The position numbers and the translations under genes were made by a program. Under the pieces are notes generated by a model. That model had not been told where the DNA came from, did no database searches, and saw nothing but the letters and a program-made list of their open reading frames with translations. A DNA stretch of 64,000 nucleotides from Podarcis vaucheri (Eukaryota). Location: NCBI GenBank assembly GCA_965113315.1, contig OZ220365.1; one strand, written 5' to 3'. This document shows positions 11,194-24,710 of this stretch, piece after piece (the first letter of the stretch is position 1; each line of letters starts with the position of its first letter).

Positions 11194-12457
11194 ATTGTTT
11201 GTACTGTATTGTTTTTTCTATGTTATTAAATGCCTTCTGACCTTTTGGCAAAGAGCAATATATGTATTTTCTGAAAAACAAGCAAGCAAACAAACATTTT
11301 ATGGAAAACTAACAGTAATGTGTAGGATTTTTTTGTTTTTGTTTTATTTCTAATTCATTAAGTGCCTGATTAAGTTAGGGCACTTCCAGATGACCTTTTA
11401 ACTGAGGATGCATCCTGGTTTGGAGATCAGGTGATGTTGGCTATTTAATGAGCATGCACTCTGATGCGCTTGCGGGGAAGTTAGGTGACGTTGCATCAAA
11501 GCAAGTGCCACCCCACACATTCCTTACCCATTACCGTACTTACCTTGTCACAAAAAGCTTGACCTTTTTGGAGAAGTGGGTTTGTTGCACAAGGCCTCCC
11601 AATTGCACAATCTGAATTTGCCAGCATGTGATTGGATCCCACCCAAAACTAGTGACATTCTGGAAGCATCCTTCCTTTTACTGACCACTGCTGTTTAAAT
11701 AGTGCAAAATATTACCCACATATATAGTCTTCCCAAAGCTTCTGAACTGTCTTTTGAGTTGTAAGATGCTTCTGGAATAGTTGTGATTGAAATTGCTCAG
11801 AACAAATCAATTCTTTTGGTGCTTCATAAAACATCTATCTTTCTAGCCTAATTCCGTTAAGTATTAGACAGTAAACAAATTTGCCCCGGCTTGGCAGAAT
11901 ACCTAGCAGTCTTTAACAAAGGCCAGACCAGCTGACGTCAAAACAATTTCCACATTAGCAGTTTATTCAGTGACTGGAATGAAGCCTGAAAAGGGGGGCA
12001 GGGCTGAATTTCACACCCCATATTAAGTTTATTATATCTCACCAGTCACCACTTTTGATGTACATTTTACGTTTTGATTTGTTCTGACAGACTTGAAGCT
12101 GAAACTATGGAATTATGGCAGATGGTCTTCTGAATTACTTAATAGAATTGGAAAAACACCGAAACTTTGGGAAAGCTTTCCTCTATATCTACTCGATCGT
12201 CTAAAGGTATTGTTTTCTTGCTTCCTCATATTTATGTGTCTACATGCTTAGAATATGTTCAAAGATATATGCATTTTATTTTATTTTTTGCTATTTTGTG
12301 CTCCAATGTGAATATTAAAACTTTACTGCTGGGCTTCAAACACCAACAGAAAAAGTACTTTGGACAAGGGTGTGTGGGAAAAGAGAGTTGACAGGGGGAA
12401 AGCTCTGTCTTCCACCATTTCTCTTCCATTCTGTCAGAAGAGGGCCTGCCTTGTAGG

Positions 12458-12980
12458 TGTAAGGAACGGGTCAGCAATAACTCACATGGTGTCAGTGAAG
12501 TTAATTCTTTATTGAAGGAAGTGAAGTCTGCTCAGGAGGCCTGGCCTAGTAAGCACAGCAACCTGTCCCAGTAGATTTTGGCCCTATGAGGCAGTTGTGG
12601 GAACTGAAGGTTGGCGCCTTCCCACAGTTGCCTAAATCTCCTCCTCCCCTGTGTCCTTCCCAAGCAATCTGAGACTTGGTCGCCATGCCTGTTATTGCTC
12701 CTCCCACTTCATACCTCTTTTTGTTCTGGGAGACCAGGGGAGAGGGGAATTGGTTGTAGCAGGAAGGGGAAACACCCTGGCTTCTTCACCAGCCTGACTC
12801 ATCCCTGCCTCCCCCACTCCTTTCCAGCCTCTGCTCCTGCCTCTGCTTCTAGACTGCTCTCTGCCACAGACTCTTCCTGCTCACTCAACCCTTCAGCTAC
12901 CAACACCTCCTCCTCCCGTCGTCTTCTTCTCCCTCTGACCACACTTCATTGTCCCTCCACCATTGTCCCCAGCCTTGACC
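12458..12980 (-). mobile_element. degenerate solo LTR
   Basis: TGTAAGG...CCTTGAC(C) ends; near-TSD TAGG/TAAG; minus-strand AATAAA at 12508-12513; purine-rich U3-like part on the minus strand. Confidence 0.6.
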
Positions 12981-13539
12981 TAAGCACCAAGTGCTAAGAT
13001 TGGAGATAGGAGATCTCTTCTCTCTAATTTCAGTGCTCAGCATCCTAGCGTTAAAATCAGAGATAAGCCTCTACTTGCATCTGGATAAAAGGCAGTTGTA
13101 GTCCCCAATCCTCTTATTGTGAGATGATCTCTCACTTGACTTTGGTCACCTCCAGACTGTCAGTATTTTGCAGGACGCAAAATTTGGGTTTGTAATTTAG
13201 ATTTGTGAAATTCAGGTAAGTTCATGTGGGGGTTTTTGTGCATTTTGTCGCCCTAATGCAACAAATCTGCTAAAAACAACAACCCCACATGAACTTTTTG
13301 TGGTTAGCAAAGTGGCATGGCCATGCACTGAAAAATTAATCAGAAGACTTACAAACACCACACAAACTTATCAGAATGAATGCTGTATAAAGTCTGGCTA
13401 TAGTTTAAGTTCCATATAATCTTTGTGCAAACAAATCAGGATGAGTGCTCAAAAACAGGTCTTCTGGAGGATATCTTTGTTTCAGGCTCTTATAAGATGC
13501 TGCTTATTCCTGCCTTTGTCTCCTTCTACTCCATTCTTG

Positions 13540-13650
13540 ACCACCCACAGTCCAGCTTCTGCCACTGAAACTGCCCTTGCTAAAATCACTGGTGACCTTT
13601 TCACCAGATCTAAAAGCCTCTACCCTGTCCTTATTTCCCTTTACTTTTAT
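13540..13650 (+). pseudogene. L2/CR1-group reverse transcriptase fragment
   Basis: ATETALAKITGDLF..SKSLYPVLISL resembles the STETAL..V.NDLL..LILLDL RT motif. Confidence 0.6.
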
Positions 13651-15059
13651 ACTCTTTACAGTAAACCATTTTCTAATGCTTCATACCTCCTGTACTTTAG
13701 GTTCCTGTGGCTTTCCCCACAAGCTGATTATATTTCTATCTGTCAGATCATTCATGTAACATTTCGGCGAGAGGGGATTTCCTCCTCAGCCTAGTTATTC
13801 AGTTTCTCTGACCTTTTGACCCATATGCCTCAATACTGTCTCATAGAAAATCAAATTGCTCATCAGGGTGTGTGTGTGTTCAAGTTCAAGTACTTTATTA
13901 TGGTCATAGACCAGCATACAGGTTGTGTGTGTGTGCTCAGCATTAAGAATGTCTGCTCTGTTTGCAGTACGCCCCATGTTCTTGAGCACCTTCCCCATCC
14001 ACTGGCAACGACATCACCCCTCACACTGAACAGAAGCTTTGGTATACTGCAGGGGAGGGGAACCAAAGGTAGCAGAAAGAAACAAGTTAGCTCGCCTGTT
14101 CCAAGCCAAGTGGTATTAAGACGCTGCTGCAATCCTAAAATAATAGCAGTCCCCTCACCCACCCACCCACACAAATATGAGCAATAGCTTTCTGACAATA
14201 AATATAATTGCCTTTCTGGGGGATATCTCTGTTTACAGCTTTTAGAAAAGTAATTATTGTTAGCTTAGACTCTATTGACTAAACCTACTCAGGGCAACTT
14301 CTGATTTCGGTGTATAAAACCATTATGTAACTGACTTAGCTGAGACAAATAAGAGCTTAAATATACCGAGTTGGATCCTGTATCAAGGATGCATAACAGA
14401 AGTGGTAGAAGCTGACATCTTTGCCCACCCCCCCATGTCACCTCCTGCCTGTGTGAGTTTCCTCCACCTGATTTTAGGATGGGGTGTCCCTGTCATCTCC
14501 CATGCCTTAGTCCGCTCCATTTATCTGTTTCCCCCACTTAGCATTGAGGGAGGTGTTGAAGGCTACTGTGTGGAGGATGGGAAGTCGCCACACCCTCTTT
14601 ACGCATGCTTAACTCTGAATTAAGCCTGCTGTGCTTTGAACGGACAGTTTCCTAACTGCAGGGGTCCTTCACCAGAGCGCCAGTCACTGGTGAGGGTGAT
14701 TTGTGAATTTGAGGAGAGCAGACACAACCAATGGGATGGTCAATGCCATGGTAGATGGACTGGTAGATTCAGAACAGTGCTTGGTTTATTTAGGCCACCC
14801 ATGTCTGATGTATTCAGGGAGGTTTAGCACTTGGTTTAGGGAGGTTGCACACCTATTCACTCAGCCCTGATTTGGGGTTGCCATGTGATGTGAGAAAAGG
14901 CTTTTTATTGGAGTGGGGTCTGCATCCTCAGAATGGCTTAGAGGGTCACCTTCTCTGACTGACCCTCAGGGCTATTATGTGGTGTTGGAGTGCAATTGCA
15001 GTTTGTACTCCATCTTGAAGCTTCTCAGAATCCCAGCATGGAGAGGATCAGATCTTAAT

Positions 15060-16360
15060 CCCCTGTTTTTTTTCTGTTCTCCCAGAGAAAATGTGATAAC
15101 CAAGATTTATAACTTAGCTATCATTAATCACCACATAATTATCTCTTGTTGACAGAGTGTCAAGAAGAGACATCTAGTCCGCCATCTTTCCTCTCTGGAA
15201 TTCCAAAATTGAGTGACTGCTGATAAGTGATCATGCACAAAACACCAACTTGGATATATCATTCTTCCTGGCAGAGGCTAAGAATTTAGATTTCAGTGTC
15301 TTTCTCTTGATTAAGAAATGATTAACAGCTATTGGATGGAAATTCAGGAGTATTTTGTGTTTTCTTGAACATCTGATGCAACATGAAATTGATATTGGAT
15401 GCTACTAAAACTCATTTTGGGGGCCGGGGCCTTTTAGGGTGAGATCTTTCATAACTCAACAAGCAGAAAAACAACTTTTTGTAAAAGAATGATACTCCCC
15501 CCCGAGATAACACCCAAACACTCACTACATAGTAATCTGAACATATATAAGAACTGGACACATATAGAAATCTTATTGATCTTCTGAATACACAGGAGGC
15601 TGATAAAGCCTTGACATTTACAAAGCACAAATATTTTCAAAAGGACAACAAAGCCAATATGTTATTAGCTCACAAATCAGCATGGGGACAGAAAAGTAGA
15701 TTAATACTAACAATCCGTGTGGGGGGGGAGGAACAGGGGGAGAAAGACTGCTACTAATAATGAATGGAATTGTGTTAGAATTTGCTGCACTTCATAAATC
15801 TCCAGATCAACCCTCAAAAGTTAGAATTAATTAATGAGTTTCTTGGCAAGCATCATATTCCTAAACTTTCTAAACAAGATCAGCAACAGTTAAGTGCTAC
15901 CATTTGCAAGAATGAAATACAATAGGTCATCCAAAACCTGAAGCCAAATAAATCTCCAAGATTAGATGGCTTTCCTGCTGAGTTTTATAGACCATTTGCC
16001 AACCTGCTACTGAATTTGCTACAGACTCTTTGTAATGAATGTTTCGACCTCTTCTGAAAGGCCAAATTCATGGAATGAGGCTGTAATTATTATGCTTCAT
16101 AAGAAAGATAAAGATCCTAAGTTGACAGCTTCATGTCATCCAGAATCTTTATTAAATCAATATTATAAGGTCTTGGCAGCCATTTATGCTAAAAGGATAA
16201 ATACTATAATTGCAAGCTATATCCACAACTCATCAAGCTTCATTAGAGAACAATTACTCTTAGGAAGCACTACAAAAGCTGTCCGTATTGTCAGTGAGTG
16301 TGGTCGTAGTAAGGAAATTCTTTTGGCTTTTATTGATGCACATAATCCTTCAATCATGTC
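15060..16360 (+). pseudogene. decayed L1 ORF2 (end of endonuclease to start of RT)
   Basis: ISDHA; KALTFTKHKYFQKDNKANMLLA; KSPRLDGFPAEFY; SWNEAVIIMLHKKDKDP..SLLNQYYKVLA (compare YRPISLLN.DYKIL). Contains multiple frameshifts. Confidence 0.8.
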
Positions 16361-16749
16361 CAGTGAGCAAAACTTAGAAGTTGGAACATCTTTGTTTGGA
16401 ATATTTAGTTTTGGAACATCAAGATTATACAGGGCATTGTTTTACCGACGTAATTTTAAAAGCAAGGAAGAGTCACTTCTTTTAGCTTGTGCCCAAGCCA
16501 GACATTGAACAAAACAGTGCGCTATACTTGTTTTTACATATCTCAGTGTTTGGGAAGCAGATATGGCAGCATAATTGGTGTTATAATTATATGCTTTAAG
16601 ACCAATCTGAGAGGTTCAAGGTATCCAAGTCCTGAAAGGGATGCCTAGCTGCATTTGGGGGTGTAGTTTTTCTGGTTGCAATGTGAACTGTTGACTGGGG
16701 ACAATAGTGCATCATTTTGTTACTACCTATCTTCTGTTATCATTTGAAA

Positions 16750-16816
16750 AAGGAAGGAAGGAAGGAAGGAAGGAAGGAAGGAAGGAAGGAAGGAAGGAAG
16801 GAAGGAAGGAAGGAAG
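16750..16816. repeat. (GGAA)n microsatellite
   Basis: Seen directly. Confidence 0.97.
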
Positions 16817-17146
16817 CTTTATTTGCTTGTCTTGATTACTGTGAATCAGCTGAGCACTTGGCAACTAAGGGGTGGCCAAGACTTAACAAAATAACATTAA
16901 TATTCCTTGATGGCTGTGGAAATGTCACCTTCCAGAGGCCAGGAAAAGACATCTATCAGAATTTGGAAGAGAAAGCTGAACAAATTAGATTTATGCCATG
17001 CTTATATATTAGGGGAGTGGTTTTTAGCTATGGTAACTAAATGGAACCTTTGTGCTTAGAGACAGTATAGCTTTGACTGCCAGTTGAAGGGAGACAAAAA
17101 CCATGGTGGAGGAGCCAGAAGAGCTGTTCATTTTGAGCACCTTGGA

Positions 17147-17395
17147 GAAGAAGAAGAGTTTGGATTTGATCACCCACTTTATCACTACCCGAAGGAGTCT
17201 CAAAGCGGCTAACATTCTCCTTTCCCTTCCTCCCCCACAACAAACACTCTGTGAGGTGAGTGGGGCTGAGAGACTTCAGAGAAGTGTGAGTAGCCCAAGG
17301 TCACCCAGCAGCTGCATGTGGAGGAGCGGGGAATCGAACCCAGTTCACCAGATTACGAGTCCACCGCTCTTAACCACTACACCACACTGGCTCTC
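17147..17395 (-). mobile_element. tRNA-derived CORE/MIR-like SINE (Squam3-like)
   Basis: Minus strand has an A box (TGGTGTAGTGG), a B box (GGTTCGATTCC), a CORE-like GTGACCTTGGGC and a (TTC)n tail; four near-identical copies in the window. Confidence 0.9.
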
Positions 17396-17829
17396 CAGTG
17401 GAGGCGTCTGGTTGGCACCACTGATGACAGGATGCTAGAGTAAATGGTACTTTAGTCTGGGACAGCAGAGACGCTTTCACCTGCTTTTTTTATGTAGTGA
17501 TTTTTGACGCAAACCTTTTCTTAAAAAAACAAAGCATAGCCTGCATATCCACAGTAGCAGAAAAAAATAATAATTTAAACCTATATATAAAACCATCAAG
17601 ATACCATCTGCAACAAAGACAATTAAATAAATGTCATACGAAGCAAGCTGTGGACCAGTGAAAAGGTGGAGTAAGGTGAACAGTTTCAATAATGAAAGTA
17701 AAATTTCCTTAATCTGAGATATCTTATTTATTTGCCAGGGATGGGAAATGATAAAGTTGCTTCCTATGATTTTTGTGTGTTATGTCTCTTATTGAGAAGT
17801 AAGTAGTCTCTCTAAACTTGCCTAATATA

Positions 17830-17986
17830 AGAATCATAGAATTTTAGAGTTGTAAGGGATCCTGAGGATCATCAATTCTAGTCCAACCCTCTGCAGTTCA
17901 GGAATAAGCAGCTGTCCCACATGGGGATCAAACCTGCAACCTTGGCATTATCAACACCACACTGTAACCAAGTGAGCTATCCTGGC
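17830..17986 (-). mobile_element. tRNA-headed SINE with CR1 3' tail
   Basis: Minus strand reads GCCAGGATAGCTCA..TTGGTTA..GGTTTGATCCCC, then GGACTAGA..GATCCTCAGG.TCCCTT.CAACTCTA..ATTCTATGATTCT. Confidence 0.8.
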
Positions 17987-19211
17987 AGTCCTAAGTAAAA
18001 GCTACTAAACCCAGTGGGATCCGCTTTTGAATAAGCTTGCATTGGCTTGCGCTCTCAGCCAGCAGCTAAAAATGACAATGCTTTCATGAAGCAGCAGCTG
18101 ATGTGGTGTTCTCCATCAGCCTGAAGCTAGCATGGGTAATGGTCAGAGATGATGGGAGTTGGTAATCCATAACACCTAGATAGCAGCACATGCTCTAATG
18201 AGTATAGTTTTGTATTTTGTGGGGCTGTGCTGCTGATCTATCTTCGGCATGCTGAAGGAAAGGACTCCAATAATGTAATATGCAAGGCTGTAGCTTGACA
18301 TACTGGCCACCGGGCAGAGCACTGTGGGAGATTAAACATGGCAAAGCCGCCACTTGGCTCACATCCCATTACACCACTGCCAACACCATTGAGTAGGCCC
18401 ATCCAGGGGGACGAGGTGACTGGCAGCTAGCAACTGTGCTGCGGGGGGGGGGGGGCATGTGGCAGCAAGCGCAGATGCCCAATGTGGGGAGCAATGATGT
18501 CCTAGTGGGCTGACTCTGGGCCTGCTAAGATATCACATATCCTACTATAACCAGATGACTTGCTTTATATTTTGTTAACCTCACAAGGTCAGCCACTATG
18601 GAATCATTATCCAATCCTCTCCAAATGCTGTTCTTTGATTGTATTAGAGCAGTTCCTGAAATCCGTACTCTGAGTAGCAGCAGCTGCCTTTCACAGCCCC
18701 ATGGTTGGTTTGATGGGCCCCTCAGCAAAGTGCCCTCTGGTGGGCCCTGCTTCTCTATTTTGATTTCCCACAATGCCCCAGAGCAATGCTGTGCCAGGGG
18801 CATTATGGGAAATGTAAATGAATGTCCACCATTACTGCCATGAGGTAAAACCACAGATGGACATCCAGGATGCTGATTGGCCCTGTGGCCTTGGCAGCTT
18901 CCTTAGGTGGCCCAAAGGGCTGCTCCATAAGGGGTATTGTGGGAAATCTAAACGGCCACCCTTCACTGCCACCATGAGGTAGCTGGGGACCAAGGGTGCT
19001 GGAGTCTTGCTCAGTTCAGCACTATGCTGACAAGTCCTAATTATATATCCCTGCTGTAGGCTGGTTAGTTGATTTGCTAAGCAAATTAGTCTCTTAAACT
19101 TAAGCCAAGAAAGATTATTCTCTATAAGATTGAATATCAATATATGTATCAAGACTTTGAGATTAGACCACTGAAGAAGCCCAGAAAACTATCTTGGGAG
19201 TGTGCTACCTG

Positions 19212-19380
19212 CAGTGGCGTAGCATGGGTTGTCAGCACCCGGGGCAAGGCAAGTAATTTGCGCCCCCTAACCCGTGGATTTGCGCCCCTAACCCGTGGAT
19301 TTGCACCCCCTAACCCTAACCCCCAGATGTTGCGCCCGGTGTGGCCGGCCCCCCCCTGCACCCCCCACGCTACGCCACTG
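19212..19380. mobile_element. hAT MITE with internal minisatellite
   Basis: TIR CAGTGGCGTAGC / GCTACGCCACTG; perfect 8-bp TSD GCTACCTG at 19204-19211 and 19381-19388. Confidence 0.92.
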
Positions 19381-21470
19381 GCTACCTGCAAGCCCCAGTT
19401 AAAGGGCCCCATTGGGGGTGAACAGCAGCCTTTTGATTACTTGGACTGCCAGGGTGAAACAGGTGCAAAACGCTGGCACCCTGTCTCTGTCTACAACTCT
19501 ACTAGCATCTCTCGGTATTATGAATATCACCGAAGTTACCTTTTGTTGGTATCTTCATGAACTTATCTAAAAGACTGATTTAAGCATTTGAAAAATCTAT
19601 TGAAACCAGACATCATAAGTTCATTTTAGGCTGGGTGGTTCGCAAGTCTTTGTGGCTTTGTTTAATGTTTTGTATTTTTCTCAGAAGGTTGATAAAGTAT
19701 GTGTAATTATTGTTCTGTGTATATTAATCGGCAACGTGTTGCATGAGTCACACTCCTCCACTTCTTCAGCTACTTTTAAAAAATTCTTACATTGTTGCTT
19801 CTAACCAGCTTTTCTGTTGATCGTGCAGCTATTCGACTATAGGAGCTAAACCAGAGCATTCCACAAACACCCATGCATTTATGACTGTCTGGAGAAAAAC
19901 ACGCATTATTAAACAGTAGGGAAGACTTGTATTGTCCTCTATTGGTAGACTCTGCAACAAAACCTTTAATTCAGGCTTGGGGATTCCAGGTACTGAGGGA
20001 ATGTTGGCTGGCTTTTCCCACTAGGCACTTCAAGCTGAGTGGCTTAATTAGTTTAAATGCTGCTCTGTAATAATGTGGGAGACTTAATGGCTCTCAGAGA
20101 CAGCTTTTGTTTATCGGGCTGCCAAAAGATGGCAGTGGTGGGTGAAGAGCTGCTTACAAAACAACCACCTCAGGTGCGGGGGTGGAAATCCACCAGATAA
20201 CCAACCATGAGAACAATGAATTTTGATTTCTAATTCACAAAAGCAGCTTAATGAGCGTGCGTATGTGTGTGTGCAAGCATGTACTTTAAAAACCACAAAA
20301 CTTATCTGCTAAGTTGTTTGTGTTTTTTTTAAAGCATGCAATTATACACAACTCTTTCTGGAAAACATTTTCATTGTTTTTGTGCCAGTTTGTTGTCTGG
20401 TCTAGGGCTGTTCTGAAAATCTTTCTCCTGCAGCAATGACCTAAATCAGGATCAGTACCAGGGTGCTTTTTCACTTAGGTATCAGAAAAAAAGAAGACAA
20501 AAAATAGGCCAAAAGAAGACACTGATTTGCATCATGTCTGCAAATGCCGATTTATATGTATAGATGTATTTTTAAAAAATCACTATAATTTATATGGATA
20601 TACAGTATATCACACCATATAGCAAAAGGTTGGCCCTGTGTTCTCATTGTTTACGGGCAACTTCAAGGCTTCTGCAGCTTTCCCTTCTTATAATTCTTCA
20701 TCTTTAAACCAGATTTGGGCAGGACAGCTCTCCAAATAGGTCCAATCCAATCCTACAAATCTATGATTCTGTGGTTGCATAAGGTACAAGGCATTCCAAG
20801 GATGCAAGTCTGGGCTCCTTTAGAAGGAAGAGTGGGACAGAAATTTAATAAATGAATAAAATACTTCTTTATTATTACATTTATTTGTCACCTACTACAA
20901 AAGTGCCCCTAAGCGATTTACAAAAATAATAATACATATAGAATTAAAAATACATTTTAAAAAAGATAAAGTAGCTGAACATGCTCATATTCAATAACAT
21001 AAAAAGGACAAATCCTACCCCATCCTACTAAAGATGACCACCATCCATACAGGCTATAATCATACCCAACTCTTCAAATATATTACTGCGATCAGGGTTG
21101 GTAAGATGGAAGGAGTTAATTTCTCCCAGATGTGAACTCCTGGAGTACTTGCACTTTTAGTTAAAACATTTATATCCCCACCTTTCAGTGCGAGGAGTTT
21201 ACAAATATTTCCACCAATATTAGTATCACATAACTTAATAACAGTGGTGCAGTTGTGGGTTGTTTTTTTAAGAAAAAATACTTCTTGCTAATGATATTTC
21301 AGTGATATAAATCTCACCCTTCCTATTATATTGTATAATTGCTTTAGTAGTATTATATTACATAACTTGTTTGTTCTTATTAGTTGTGCTCCAAAGAAGA
21401 AGTATATTTTGAAACATGTAGCGCTAAGGATATTTTGTATTCTTGTGCACCCTTGAGATTTCATCTCATC

Positions 21471-21522
<52 letters not shown>

Positions 21523-21524
21523 TC
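21471..21524. repeat. (TTTC)n microsatellite
   Basis: Seen directly. Confidence 0.97.
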
Positions 21525-24370
21525 CAGTGTTCTCAACTTCCCACCTCTGGTTTCTCTGCCAATAGTAGCAGGAGCAAAATAATTTATTAAAATAGGGACA
21601 AGTGCCTTTAGGCTTCTAATTTTACAGAAACCTTATTTATGGGATGAATTTATGTACTCACATTAACATAAATGTATGAGTCAGAATTCAGCCGAAGTTA
21701 ATGCACTTTTAAAGTTCCATTGAGTTCTGTGGAAGAAAATTAGGCAGTTGCTTAATTCTGCTGTTGACTTCGATGCAACTTTAAAAAGTTCCCCTTTGGC
21801 TAGGTCGTGACCACTCATTTCACGTTAAATATATCATCTATGTATATTATTAAACTGAAGTTTTAAATCCTACATTCATGCATTTTCAATGCTAAAGGTC
21901 TGTAAACGTGAAGGTTGTGCACAGGAACTGTCTGAGGCCTGAGCAAAGCTAGGCATCTTCAGAGGGAACCAGGCATTGGATCAATAAGGTTCAGACAACC
22001 ACAGATTGCTACAGGTCAGGTTAGATGGAACAGGACAATCCGTGGCTGTGAGAGGGTGGGGCATCACGTAAGAAAGAGGCCCAGAAAACCCAATGAAAAA
22101 GCCAGTAACTACCTCTGATCCAGGGCTGGCCTGGCCATGTGGCAAACTGTGGCAGCTACCTTAGGTGGCAGAATCTGAGGTATACCACCACATCATCCTG
22201 TCCCCCTGTCCCCCACCACTGCCATTGAAGAAGTGAGATGTGCCTGTGGTGCCTTTAGGCTTCTGGCAAGATCTTGTGAGACCCATGCCTTTCCCTGATC
22301 CACCCTAACATGCCCCACCTTGCAACTTCTACCATTGTTGGGGTTCCAAAGCTTGTCAGACGAGGACTGTGAAGGTTTCCACCATGGCAGGGTGCAAGGA
22401 CCTACAAGGACCTCTCAGCCCTTGGAGAGGGAGATCTGTTTTATCCTATCACCTCTGGGACACCTACCCAGTGAGCATATCATCATCATCATCAGTAGTA
22501 GTAGTTGTAGTAGTACCCTGCCCGTCTGACTGGGTTGCCCCAGTATTTTGTCTGAGAGTTATGTACCAATCTCTTCCCCATGCTGGCAATCTAGTACTGG
22601 AAAAAAGGGAGCTGTGTTTTGGAATGACATACTCAGCTTATGCTTTTTAAAAAAAAAAACCTGTACAAAGTTTGTTTTATTTAGACCAATATGCTTATAT
22701 TTCTTAGCTAATATAAGGTATACACATTCCACTCATTAAAACCAAAGCATAATTTCGTTAATTGTCATGCAAATTCTAGGTGTAGCATCAGTTATTGGAA
22801 GAGTACTCATTAGTTCTGAGATGCACTGGAGCTACATTACTTCTTTAATTGCTGGAATTTTAAATGCAGAGCATCTGGTGTGTGATGAATTGACTTGCAC
22901 TAACACAACATATCTTTCACTGAATACTTCTTATTTACTCTAAACATTTTCTCTCCTTATCACTTCCAGCATGACTGTAGCAATCTAATTGTTGTTACTT
23001 TTCATGAACTCAGGATATGCCCATCATATGGTGGAAAGCATGTATGTTTATGCTAAGACAGGAGGGCAGAACCTCAGGCCTAAGGACCAAATGTGGCCTT
23101 TCAGGCCTATCTAGTCGACCTTTGGGAGTCTCCTCAGAGCCCAAATCACTTTCCAGACTGCACCCTTCACTAGGCTTCACTAGCCAATCATACAAAAGCA
23201 AGAGGCACATCAGTAGCTGCACCGAATTCTCGCCTCTAACCACACTTGCCCCGGTACGTCGTCCCCAGAAGGTTGCTGCTGAGGGAATGCAGCCTTCATG
23301 CTGTGAAAAAGGCTTCCCACTGCTGTACTATTGGTGGGCAGAATGAAGACTGGGATCTACCATTAGACCCTTGGGTTATTTGCAGTAGATTGGCCAGGGT
23401 TTCCAACACTCAATTGTTTCATAAGGGCATCAGCAAAGTGACTATTCTCACCTAAGCTAGGGTGCTGAAATGGAAAGCAGAAGTGGGCATTTGTGTGGAT
23501 GGGCCCCTATTTATTTCTCACCAGGAATACTTTGGTTTTTTTGTGTGTGTCCATGAAATCCACACATGTAATGTTTTTCTAGATTGTAATCATGACTGTA
23601 ACTATTTACATATAAACTTTCAGTCTTCTGTTGCTTATACAAAAAAATTCTGCTTGCTTCAAAAATGGCATCGTTTTCCTTCCACCTGAGGATTAGCAAG
23701 AGAATGTCTCCTCCCCCAACTCCTTCACTGTACAAAGCACTGTGTTTAGTCTACTCTGATTTCTGGTGCTTGACAGACTATGCAGACTTGTGCTCACACA
23801 TGACATCTTGCCAGTCACACAGGTGCAATGAGCCACTAACAAAGCTGTCTCTTTCACTGCATTCTAATCAGATCACATCCCCCTTTCGCCAACCTTGTCT
23901 GGCTGGTAGAAAAGCTAGCCTCGGAATGTCGGGAATTGAAATTCAATTTGCTTCTGAAATATTCAACAGAGCCTCGGAGCCCTGCTGAGACTCAGAATAA
24001 TGTACATTAATAGATGTATTGAGTTGGGTGGTTTTGTTTTGTTTTTGGGTTTTTTAAAAGGGTAAGATTTCAGTTATAAAATCAGATGTCCTAATACTGT
24101 GAAGATACTGCCTCACAACAATGGGTTGGTGTATACAATGGTGGTGGCTTTGCCTTAGTGAAAACTGTTTCATGTAAGCAGCAGCACCCTTCCCCCCCCC
24201 CCGATTCTGCCCCCCGCCCCCTTCTGCTGCAGTCTGTTGCACCATCACCCATTCTGTTGCAGAGAGTTCTACAGTTCTCAGGAGTTTGGGGTGGGCAAAG
24301 TAGGAGAGATCAGTGAAAAACAGGGGCCCTAACTTACCCAAGTGGAAGTGCGTTCCCCTATGGCAGAGGT

Positions 24371-24710
24371 TGCTAGCTAGGGGTGATGGGAGTTGTAGTT
24401 CAACAACATCTGGGGACCCACAGGTTGAGAAAGACTGCCCTAAGGCAAGCCCCCTGGAGAACTTACCGCCCTCCAGATGTTTCTGGACTGCACATTTTGT
24501 CACTCCTTACCTACTGGCCATGTGGCTGATGAGAGTCCAACAACATATGGAAGGCCACAGGTTGCTCAGCCGTGCCCTAAGGCAGGGGTTCCCAAACTTG
24601 GTTCTCTAGCTGTTTTTGGACTACAGTTCCCTGATCACTGGTCCTGCTAGCAAGGGATGATGGGAGTTGTTGTCCAAAAACAGCTGAAGAACCAAGTTTG
24701 GGAAACCCTG
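24371..24710. mobile_element. three tandem hAT MITEs (partial ~24371-24437; 24446-24574; 24583-24710)
   Basis: Separated or followed by CCCTAAGG (24438-24445, 24575-24582) and CCTTAAGG (24711-24718). The third has TIRs CAGGGGTTCCCAAACTTGGTTCT / AGAACCAAGTTTGGGAAACCCTG. Confidence 0.85.

Noticed and set aside
16035-16508. 157-aa ORF as an intact gene
   Set aside because: It is a frameshifted, degenerate L1 RT fragment that runs into unrelated sequence.
17103-17438. Apparent peptide family (LSLPPPQQTLCEVSG...) also at 41671 and 44384
   Set aside because: These are antisense translations of the same SINE, not a gene family.
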